This document shows positions 18,791 to 27,182 of a stretch of 64,000 bases of DNA, piece by piece. The translations under genes were made by a program, and so were the position numbers. The DNA is from an uncultured Bdellovibrionales bacterium (GTDB lineage Bacteria > Bdellovibrionota > Bdellovibrionia > Bdellovibrionales > UBA1609): assembly GCA_903833275.1 (NCBI GenBank), contig CAILEP010000015.1, forward strand, positions 22,490 to 86,489, read 5' to 3'. The notes beneath the pieces were generated by a model. That model saw only the letters and a program-made list of their open reading frames with translations, was not told the DNA's origin and ran no database searches. Every line of letters starts with the position of its first letter. Positions within the stretch are counted from its first letter, which is position 1.

Positions 18791-18877
18791 TACCCGGCCT
18801 GTTTTCTGGTGGACGATGCGTTGTCACCCGAATGCAGCCAATGATGCGGCGTCCACCAGAAAACAGGCCGGGTGGTT
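18791..18877. repeat. 87-bp hairpin (REP/MITE-like) repeat, copy 2
   Basis: About 9 mismatches and no gaps relative to copy 1. Stem 18793-18815 / 18850-18872 carries a compensatory T->C / A->G pair. It sits immediately after the stop of the amidohydrolase gene. Confidence 0.75.
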
Positions 18878-19834
18878 TTAAAGACCGGGGATTTTGAACA
18901 CGGTTTGGGCGTTGTTGTAGAAAACGTCGCGCCAGCGAGCGCGAGGGATGGCGCGTTTCACGGCCCAGATGTAACTTTTCATATCGGTGAGCGGCCAGTC
19001 GGTGCCGTACATTAACTTGTGCGGGTCTTCGACGTATCCATAGGCCCAGCGAATCGGCTTAACCACGTACTCTTCGATATCTTCAGGCGACTTTCTTGTG
19101 AGATCGCCAATCAGAAAAGCCGAAACGTCTGCGTAGACGTTATCGTTTTTGTAAACGATTTCGGCGGCAGTCTGAACCCAAGGGTTACCGAGGTGAGCGA
19201 TAACAAAAGTGACCTTGCGATATTTGACCGCCACTTCGTCAATGGCCATGGGGTCGGCGTACTTCAAAAGCGCGTCAGAATCGTCGGTGTCGCCCGTGTG
19301 AAAAACCACCGGCACGTGATATTTTTCAGCCAATCGATAAGCCGGGTCGTAGCGCTTGTCGTTTGCATATTGTGGCACATAGCCCAGAAAAACTTTGATG
19401 CAACTGTAGCGCTTTTCGCGCAACCCCGCCTCTAGCTTCTTGACATCGACCACGCTGCCAAGAATCGGGCAATAGATCACGTGTTGCGCTTTGAGGTCAT
19501 GCCACTCTTCATTAAATTGCTTGTGGGCCACAGCCCCAACTACGTGATTATCGGCCATCTCTTTGAGAAAGGTCTCGCGACTGTCGACGATCAGACTAAA
19601 GCGGTTGCGCTTGCCGCTAAAGCGCACGTGTACGTGAGCATCGATGATCGGAAAGTCTTCGTCCTCTTTTACGCCTGGTGCGAGGTTGCCCTTGGTTTCA
19701 ACATGCTTCACTTGCGTCGCGCAGCCTGAAAGTGCGACTACAATGACCGCCGATAGGCCTGCCGCGAGTACCAGAGCTCGGGTGAAAAATAAAGCGGCCA
19801 AGATTTGTCGAACGATGAAAACAACGCGCATCAT
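18878..19834 (-). CDS. amidohydrolase-family (TIM-barrel metal hydrolase) lipoprotein
   Basis: Lipobox VVALSGC. Metal-binding IDAHVHV, and later VVFHTGD / IAHLGNPW / YGTDWP motifs typical of the amidohydrolase_2 type. Confidence 0.75.
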   Translation of the reverse strand: MMRVVFIVRQILAALFFTRALVLAAGLSAVIVVALSGCATQVKHVETKGNLAPGVKEDEDFPIIDAHVHVRFSGKRNRFSLIVDSRETFLKEMADNHVVGAVAHKQFNEEWHDLKAQHVIYCPILGSVVDVKKLEAGLREKRYSCIKVFLGYVPQYANDKRYDPAYRLAEKYHVPVVFHTGDTDDSDALLKYADPMAIDEVAVKYRKVTFVIAHLGNPWVQTAAEIVYKNDNVYADVSAFLIGDLTRKSPEDIEEYVVKPIRWAYGYVEDPHKLMYGTDWPLTDMKSYIWAVKRAIPRARWRDVFYNNAQTVFKIPGL

Positions 19835-19888
19835 AAAAGCACTCCTTGAAAGTTGATTTTCTAGAGAAATGCGCGATGCTTAGCAACT

Positions 19889-20620
19889 ATGAAATTCGTG
19901 ATCAGCATTTTAATTTCTCTATCAGCTCTCAGTGCCAGCGCGCGCGAAGGTTTGGTTTTGATTTATTCAGGAGCAGGCAGCTGCACCGACGGTTGCGCAG
20001 AGGCCGCGGCCGAGATCCCGGCGCGAATGGGCTTTCGAATTCAATATGTAAAACCCGAAGAAATTAAACCCGAGCTTTTAAAAACCGCAAAAGTTTGGAT
20101 GCAACCAGGTGGCGATGCCATTGTCGCAGCGAAAGCCATGGGCCCCGAAGGCTTAAGTGCCATTCGAGAATTTGTCAGAGCGGGTGGCGGCTATGTTGGT
20201 TTTTGCGCCGGCGCCTTCTTATCCGACAAAACTGTCGACAATTCTGATGTCACCCCTGGCCTCGGCATTTTACCGATTGGCACCTTTGATTACCCACTCG
20301 ATTCGCACAACGGCGATGGCGCAATGACCTGGATCAACTGGGGCGGCCGACCGCGCCACCTGTTCTTTAACGGTGGCGGTTCGTTTTACCTAAATAAATC
20401 AATTGGCCAGATAAGCCCCGAAGTTAAAGTTCTCGCCACCTTTGTGGCCGACGGATTACCGGCTACCATTGAAACTACCTTCGGCAAAGGCCGCGTCGTG
20501 GTCAGTGGCGCTCACCCCGAAGCCACTTACGCCTGGAAGTCAGAAGGCGGCCTGGTTGACGAAGATGGCCCCGACTTCGATTTAGCCATCGATATGGTTA
20601 GAAAAGCCCTACCTAAATAG
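19889..20620 (+). CDS. exported BPL_N-like / class-I glutamine-amidotransferase-fold protein
   Basis: Signal peptide MKFVISILISLSALSASA. GGGYVGFCAGAF nucleophile-elbow-like motif as in biotin-protein-ligase N-terminal (GATase-1-like) domains. Confidence 0.6.
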   Translation: MKFVISILISLSALSASAREGLVLIYSGAGSCTDGCAEAAAEIPARMGFRIQYVKPEEIKPELLKTAKVWMQPGGDAIVAAKAMGPEGLSAIREFVRAGGGYVGFCAGAFLSDKTVDNSDVTPGLGILPIGTFDYPLDSHNGDGAMTWINWGGRPRHLFFNGGGSFYLNKSIGQISPEVKVLATFVADGLPATIETTFGKGRVVVSGAHPEATYAWKSEGGLVDEDGPDFDLAIDMVRKALPK

Positions 20621-20869
20621 TTCGTCGGGCAACCCCACCGATCGCCCGCCGACTGCCGGCAGATAGCCCGCTGATCATCACCAAACCCGAAGCGTCGGCA
20701 TAAAAAGCCCCAAACCAAGCCTTCAAAGCCTCACTTCGCTATTTCTTTGTAAATTTTTGCTAGCAGATTTTCTTAATTTCCATATAACGCTATGCGTTTA
20801 TTTGGTATATATGCGCCGAATCATTCTCACTAAAACTAACTACTTACGTTAGCAACAAGGTAGGGATTA

Positions 20870-23068
20870 ATGGCAAGTATCAATCTGGCGAAACGCACGG
20901 CTGTCGTATCGACTCTCAGGTCTTCGCTGTTTACTTCATTGGCGTTTTTGCTGCTCTTCGCAAGCATTTCATTCGCCGAACCACTCGCAGACATCCTTAA
21001 AAAAGAATTGGGCGCCAACCCCTCGAAGTCCGAACTGATTCGCGCCCTAAAAAAGCACCGACCGACGGCTGACGAAATAGAATCGCAAGATGTGATGTTA
21101 CCCAAAGAATACACCGAAATTCTCTTCGGCAAAAAACTCGGCAAATTTATAAGCACGGCCCAAGACACCAATCCATTTTTGCACCCCGAGGCTGCTAAAT
21201 ATGGCTTTATGGTTTCAAATGAAGTTGAAGAGCTGGCGGAGTGGCCTTACAGCCCCATCCATGGCCAGGCGTTTTATATTCCGCGCTTTATGATCCCGGC
21301 TGAAAAACTTCAAGTCGGCAACTTTGACGAGCCCAGCGAAATTTCGCCTGAAATTCGCAAACATATATTTGATGGCGAACCAACAGCTCGCAACCAAGAT
21401 ATCAGCTTTTGGATTCACCCTGATGATCTAGACGTTTACGAGAAATTTATTTCGGGTGGGGCAAAGAATACTCCGAAAAAAGGCTACGGCGTTTCATGGA
21501 ATTTTGTTGGCATAGCGCCCAACGGCCCCCGCTCATTGATGATGATCGATATCGATCACCCCGAGCGTGGCGCAATTTGGGTGAAGGTCAATTTGCATAG
21601 AAAGCTTGAAGGTTCGGTGCGCCTGATACCGCCCCATAAGGCGGCACGCTCTGTGATGGCGACCCGCCTGCTTGAAGAAAATGTTTCGACGGCCGACCAA
21701 AAACGCTGGGGCTTTCGGTTTATGCCAGAAGTGGCCGCGTGGTCGTTGCCCTTTTCAGAGCGATCGAACGTTGTTCGCGACTTATCTATATTAGAGAGCC
21801 GCAACGTCGATTACGTTTATGCCTATTCGGCTTTTTCACCGTCAGGTGCTGAGTCGACAAAAGATATTTTGGCGGCAAAATGGCTCGGCCGTAACCCGAC
21901 CAAAGAAAAATTCGAAAAGCTGGCGCGCAAAGTATTTGCTTTGATGGCGCGACCCTTTGCTTACAATGCCCTCGTCACCGGCCTCAATTTTGAATGGCAT
22001 TCGGCCAATTGGGCAATGGCCGTTACTGATAAAGGTCTCGGCGACCATGTGGTCTTGCAAGATATGGAAGCCCTTCGTTACGACTCTCAAATCGGCATCT
22101 GGAATGGCGGCACCGCGCGCTCGATGCAATCATTTACTGAGCCTTGGAATCTCGCCAAATACTCAAACGCACACGGCGGCAGCTGGACTTGGCAAGAAAG
22201 CAAACGCATGAAGGACGGCGGTTATTGGCTCGAAGAACCTGAGTTCTTGGGCGACGAATATCTTTGGCGCGTGCGCGGCCTTAAAGAATCAAAGAGCCCG
22301 AAAGACCAATCGACGATTGATAACCTTTGGGGCTACAGCACGATCGTCGACGTGGTTCGCAATTTCGGTATCGGCGTAATGGGTTTTAAACTCACGAATG
22401 CTGAAGTTGAAAGCTGGATGGACGAAGAAATGGCCACCGCCTTCAATGAGGTTCTGCGCAAAGAACTTAAAATGACAAAAGAGCAAGTGCCTGACGTCAC
22501 CGCCAAGCAAGTGTTGCGCGAAGTGATGCTAATGCGCGATTACGAACAAGTTCACTACGGCGGTTCTAAGCCTGCTGGCGTCGAAAATGTTCGCAAACTC
22601 ATTCACGAAGAAGGCGGCCTGGTGCGCGCGCTTTGGCAAGTGCGTGAAATTCGCAATAACGCCATTACCGAAAAAGACGCCGATGCTTCTCTGCAAAAAC
22701 TGATCGCGGCTGAAGCCGATCGCCTTAATGAGATTCAACGTAACACTCGAAAAGACTGGTACGACCTAACAAAAGACAAAGGTCTCTATTTTATCTTTCA
22801 CGAAGACGCTCGCATTCTAGAAGCACGCGACAAAGAGGGTTGGTTGGGCTTTTTCTCTCTTGAGCCAGACGGCGCTAAAAGCACAAAAGCGTTTTTCGAG
22901 TCTTATAAAAAAATTAAAGGGCGTTACCCAAAAGATGCAACCAAGGCCTCTATGACGGCCTGTCAGAAGCTTCTCGCTTCAGCTGACGTCACTCGCCGGG
23001 GCATGTCGTTCGGCGACCGAGTTGCAAAACCAAAAGGGGCTAAGAAAGGTGTTGGCAGCAATGATTAA
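20870..23068 (+). CDS. exported 732-aa hypothetical protein (possible distant IucA/IucC-like ligase fold)
   Basis: Signal peptide ...LAFLLLFASISFA/EP. First gene of a tightly coupled four-gene set. See the findings for the motif argument. Confidence 0.7.
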   Translation: MASINLAKRTAVVSTLRSSLFTSLAFLLLFASISFAEPLADILKKELGANPSKSELIRALKKHRPTADEIESQDVMLPKEYTEILFGKKLGKFISTAQDTNPFLHPEAAKYGFMVSNEVEELAEWPYSPIHGQAFYIPRFMIPAEKLQVGNFDEPSEISPEIRKHIFDGEPTARNQDISFWIHPDDLDVYEKFISGGAKNTPKKGYGVSWNFVGIAPNGPRSLMMIDIDHPERGAIWVKVNLHRKLEGSVRLIPPHKAARSVMATRLLEENVSTADQKRWGFRFMPEVAAWSLPFSERSNVVRDLSILESRNVDYVYAYSAFSPSGAESTKDILAAKWLGRNPTKEKFEKLARKVFALMARPFAYNALVTGLNFEWHSANWAMAVTDKGLGDHVVLQDMEALRYDSQIGIWNGGTARSMQSFTEPWNLAKYSNAHGGSWTWQESKRMKDGGYWLEEPEFLGDEYLWRVRGLKESKSPKDQSTIDNLWGYSTIVDVVRNFGIGVMGFKLTNAEVESWMDEEMATAFNEVLRKELKMTKEQVPDVTAKQVLREVMLMRDYEQVHYGGSKPAGVENVRKLIHEEGGLVRALWQVREIRNNAITEKDADASLQKLIAAEADRLNEIQRNTRKDWYDLTKDKGLYFIFHEDARILEARDKEGWLGFFSLEPDGAKSTKAFFESYKKIKGRYPKDATKASMTACQKLLASADVTRRGMSFGDRVAKPKGAKKGVGSND

Positions 23069-24248
23069 GCCGCGCAAAGCCTTTATCGCCAGTGCCGCGG
23101 CAGGGCTTTTTGCCCTGTTGACGATCATTTCGACTCTGTCGATTGACCGCGTGTTTGCGGCGCCAACTAAATCAACGCCAACTGCCACTGCAGCGCCAAC
23201 TAAAGCGCCGATCACAGCGGCAATCACTGCGGCAATCACAGAGCAGACGCAAGCGGCCCATCGCGCGGCCGTGCTTTCATATTTTTCTGCCATCGCTCCG
23301 ATCGCCCCGGGTCAACGCTTAACTATGGGTATCGAACTCGAAGGGGTCTTTCCGGGCGCCAGTCGCGAAATGACTTTTCAAAAGCTCGGCGACCTGGTTG
23401 AAACCGAATTTAGAAAACATATTTATACCGGCGCCACTATTCAACGCACGCCTTATAGTTTTCAAACCCGCAGAGGCGAGCCTCGGCAAGCGATAAAACT
23501 AACGGTCTCTTTTGCTGCGCCGTCAAAAAAAGTTGAAGAGTGGCATTTGCGCGATGACGGCTCCATTCGCCCACCATTGGATTTCTACGGGGTTGAATTG
23601 GTAACTCCGATTCTTCGAAAACAAAGTGATGTCGAAAAATTTCGCCGACTTGTGGCTTTTCTATCGGCACAAGGTCTTCGTGCCCAACCTGACTCAGCGG
23701 CCCTTCAGGCCCATGTGGGTTTTACTGAAAACGGCCCGATCGACAAGCAGAGTATTACACCGGCATCGAAAGTGGCCGAGGCTCTTGTTATGATTTTGAC
23801 CTTTTCTAAAATTGAAAAAGAACTTATGCGGCTTTTTGCTGTAAACCCGGCGCGCCAAAAGTTTACCATGCCGACCCCAGAGCCATTGGTGCAAGCCATA
23901 CTCAATGGCGAAATTTCAACGGCGGACACCAAACTTTTTGATGTCGTCGAAAAATACTACGAATATCGCTATTGGGCGCTCAATGTTCATTCGCTTTTTC
24001 AATTCGGCACGGTCGAAGTTCGCTTCGCCAATAGCACAGTTGACCCCTCGACTACCGACGCATTTTTAGACCTAAGCTACAAAATTGTTCGCGCCGTTCG
24101 ATCGAAAGACCCGCGACTTCTTGCGCTACTCAATCAGCACATTGATGAAGAAATACCGTTGATCGAGTTAGCGAGGGCTTTGGATCTTAAAATTATAAAA
24201 TCCATTTATGAACGCGAATGCGCCCAACTTCTTAGAGAGCCATTGTGA
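23061..24248 (+). CDS. exported glutamine-synthetase-fold carboxylate-amine ligase (amidoligase-like)
   Basis: Start ATGATTAA overlaps the upstream stop. Signal peptide MIKPRKAFIASAAAGLFALLTIISTLSIDRVFA. Ordered motifs MGIELEG, WHLRDDGSI...GVELVTPIL, LQAHVGF, YRYWALNV and GTVEVRFANST. Confidence 0.65.
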   Translation: MIKPRKAFIASAAAGLFALLTIISTLSIDRVFAAPTKSTPTATAAPTKAPITAAITAAITEQTQAAHRAAVLSYFSAIAPIAPGQRLTMGIELEGVFPGASREMTFQKLGDLVETEFRKHIYTGATIQRTPYSFQTRRGEPRQAIKLTVSFAAPSKKVEEWHLRDDGSIRPPLDFYGVELVTPILRKQSDVEKFRRLVAFLSAQGLRAQPDSAALQAHVGFTENGPIDKQSITPASKVAEALVMILTFSKIEKELMRLFAVNPARQKFTMPTPEPLVQAILNGEISTADTKLFDVVEKYYEYRYWALNVHSLFQFGTVEVRFANSTVDPSTTDAFLDLSYKIVRAVRSKDPRLLALLNQHIDEEIPLIELARALDLKIIKSIYERECAQLLREPL

Positions 24249-27160
24249 AACTAAAAACCATTGCGCTATCAATTCTAAAGCCGATCGCAGCCCTTTTGGT
24301 ATTTGTGGTCGCGGCGCAGGCCGTCGCGGTTCAAGCCGGCGCGACCCAGGCCGTCGCGGTTCAAGCGATACAGTTCGACGACTATTATTCAGACCCTGTA
24401 GTTCGAACCGCTCTTTCGATGGGCGTGCAATCTGGCGCCTTGACCAAAGCCAACGCTGCGCAGATTTACACGGCGCTTGATTTTGACAAGGCCGATCAGC
24501 GCAAGCCGATCCCGCCCGAATTGGCAGCGACTTGGGCTGAGCTTTTGCGCCTTGCACAGATTCAAACTTTTCTTAGAACCGCAGTGCCGCATTATTTCGC
24601 GGTTGGGGTTGAAATCGAAAGCTCGAGCCCCAAAGAAAATGCCTGGAGCCATTTCGATAACGGCGCTTCAGAAGTTTCGAAACTTATTGCGGCGCGCTTT
24701 GGCCAAAATAGTCTCACCTACAAAGTTGACCCCAACACCGAAGATCGCTTTTTAGAATTTCGCGATGAGCTCAATCGCGAGTGGGCGATGAAACTCGAGT
24801 GGGTGCGCGATGCTGAGGGGGCGCTCTTCCCGAGCGGGTGGGAGACTAATACTCCACCATTTTTTAATCTCGACGATATGGAGCTCTTCAGTTCATTTCT
24901 TTTAAGCCTCGGCAAATCTTCTTACGGCCAGATTGCCGACTTTTGCGGAATACATCAGAACTTTGATATCTTACCGCAAGGCGCGACCGATAGCGAAAAA
25001 GCTGACCAAAAGCTTCAGGCACGCATTGTGGCCAATTTTATTCTACTGCACGAACAATTTCTGCCCACGATTTTAGAGACTTTAAAGATCACGCGGTACG
25101 GCGGCTACGACAATGTCTTTATGCGCCCCTATCTTTTCGATCATCAAGATTTTCTTAAAGAGATTATGGCGACCCCTGCCTCTGCTCTTTCAACCGATTC
25201 GATTCAGAATTTGCAGCAAAAATATTTGCGTCAAGAATTCGAAGCTCAAATTGCAAATCACGTAGACGACCCAGCGGCTCGAGTTAAATACGAAAAGAAC
25301 TGGCAAGAATATAAAATGAACTGGAAGGCCCGTGACGTGCGCATCAAGTGGCATAAAAATACCGCCCGCACGATTCTTGAGAGCCGTTCGATGGACTATA
25401 AGCCCGCTGACCCAAGTGTCGTAATGAAGGGCCACCTCATTATGCAGCTTCTGCTCAATCGCGCCTATGCCCTTGCCAAACACGGCCGACTTCACAAACT
25501 CGACGTGCCCTGGCGCCAAACGGGCGAAAATGTGGCGCAATATTGGTCACGACTTAAAAATGCCCCTTCGACCAATATGTCGGCGATGTTAAAGGGGTTA
25601 GGCGTAAAAGACGAAAATCTCGCAGCCGTTATCGAAGATCGGCCGTTTCATACGACTAAGAAATTTGTGGCTGGCAGCACCTTTAGCTTTGGTTTCGAAG
25701 CTGAATTTATTTCGCCTAAAATTGCGAAGCTTCTTGTGCCGAATCTGCCCGAATTGCGTTCGACTTGGGTTCACCTCAACGAAGAGCAGCGTTTGCGCAT
25801 CTTAAAAGACCTCGGCTTTAATTTTGACGGTGAATACACCTCGCAAAAATATATGATTTTGAGCTCGTTCTTTCGGCTCGATATTGAACACTTTCCGCAA
25901 ATGGAAATTCGCCCCCACCTTGAACAAAGCGGTCGCCTTGAGGTGATGTCAAATGGACGTGGTTTGCAAACAACAGAAGATTTGCGCGCGGCCATGGGCA
26001 AATTGCACAGTGTTTTAACTGAAGACCCCGAGAACAACAAAAATTCGGCAAGAATTAGCTATCACATTCACGAATTTGTGCCCCAAATGTATATCGATCG
26101 CCTGACCGTGACAGAGAAAAAGAAACTCGTGCGGTTGATTGAGCGCCTCAGTCTTTACATGAATCTAGCCGATTACGCTGAACAAGATTCGGCGAAGCCA
26201 AAACATTACATCGACAGCTGGAGTCTTGATCGTTACTCGCCGCGCGATCTCGCTGAAATTGAGGCGCATTTGATTTCAGGCAAGGGCCTTTCTAACACCG
26301 ATCAAAAATACCACAACCTGGGTTTTCGCCCGGTCGATGGTGGCATTGACTTTGAGTTTCGCGCCAATGGTAACGATATCGAATACGGCATCATGCTCAC
26401 CAATGTCTTGCGCAATGCAATTGAGAATCGTGAATTTGAAAACTTCGGCGCGCTCGATCAGCCTCTGTTTTTTATGGAGCCTCAACATTACTCTTCGCCA
26501 AGTGACTATTCGGCCTTTACTCTTTCGGGTGCTTTGAAGTCAGCTGAACGTTCGGCCGCCGCCATGCCACTTACAAAGCAACAGCTTGCCATCGCCCATA
26601 AGCTTCAGTTTGAAATCTATAAACCAAGCCTTTGGGATTATATGTATATGCCTCGCGGCAACTCGATGCACGAAGCACCACCTGAAGATCTCGACATCAC
26701 CCATCTCAGAGCCAACTATGAGAGCAATATTGCATTGCCTCTTCAAGATTGGCAGGCCCAAACATTTCTTTCGGCTGACGAGAAGAAAGCGATTGCGGTC
26801 GCACGACAAAAATATTTGAGTAAAATCGAAGCCCTTATTAAGCGCATTGAGGCAACCCCAGCCGATCAGTTTATTTTAGAGGCAAAAGACTTTTTGAGCC
26901 TCTGCGACTATCTCGAGCGCTCAACGCACTCTTCGAAACCAAATCTCTTGAAGGGCCCCGAGGCCGATCGCCAGCGCGAGGTTCTCGAGAACTTGGTTTA
27001 TGAAATTCGCAGTTACGCCGTCGAATTCGTCAAAGAAACCAAAATTGACGAACTGGTTTTGAGATCGCTGACAAAAAAAACTAGCCAAAGTGATGGCACA
27101 AATTGCAGCGAGCTGTTGAAAGCAACGAGCGAGTCAGGCCACAAGTCATTAGGCCATTAA
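24245..27160 (+). CDS. exported protein with two tandem amidoligase-like domains
   Basis: GTG start overlaps the upstream stop (GTGA). Signal peptide present. Domain 1: VGVEIES, GWETNTPPF, GIHQNFD, TILESRSMD. Domain 2: FGFEAEF, RLEVMSNG, SYHIHEF, GIDFEFRANG. Confidence 0.6.
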   Translation: MKLKTIALSILKPIAALLVFVVAAQAVAVQAGATQAVAVQAIQFDDYYSDPVVRTALSMGVQSGALTKANAAQIYTALDFDKADQRKPIPPELAATWAELLRLAQIQTFLRTAVPHYFAVGVEIESSSPKENAWSHFDNGASEVSKLIAARFGQNSLTYKVDPNTEDRFLEFRDELNREWAMKLEWVRDAEGALFPSGWETNTPPFFNLDDMELFSSFLLSLGKSSYGQIADFCGIHQNFDILPQGATDSEKADQKLQARIVANFILLHEQFLPTILETLKITRYGGYDNVFMRPYLFDHQDFLKEIMATPASALSTDSIQNLQQKYLRQEFEAQIANHVDDPAARVKYEKNWQEYKMNWKARDVRIKWHKNTARTILESRSMDYKPADPSVVMKGHLIMQLLLNRAYALAKHGRLHKLDVPWRQTGENVAQYWSRLKNAPSTNMSAMLKGLGVKDENLAAVIEDRPFHTTKKFVAGSTFSFGFEAEFISPKIAKLLVPNLPELRSTWVHLNEEQRLRILKDLGFNFDGEYTSQKYMILSSFFRLDIEHFPQMEIRPHLEQSGRLEVMSNGRGLQTTEDLRAAMGKLHSVLTEDPENNKNSARISYHIHEFVPQMYIDRLTVTEKKKLVRLIERLSLYMNLADYAEQDSAKPKHYIDSWSLDRYSPRDLAEIEAHLISGKGLSNTDQKYHNLGFRPVDGGIDFEFRANGNDIEYGIMLTNVLRNAIENREFENFGALDQPLFFMEPQHYSSPSDYSAFTLSGALKSAERSAAAMPLTKQQLAIAHKLQFEIYKPSLWDYMYMPRGNSMHEAPPEDLDITHLRANYESNIALPLQDWQAQTFLSADEKKAIAVARQKYLSKIEALIKRIEATPADQFILEAKDFLSLCDYLERSTHSSKPNLLKGPEADRQREVLENLVYEIRSYAVEFVKETKIDELVLRSLTKKTSQSDGTNCSELLKATSESGHKSLGH

Positions 27161-27182
27161 CGCTAAAATGGGGGGCGCCGAT

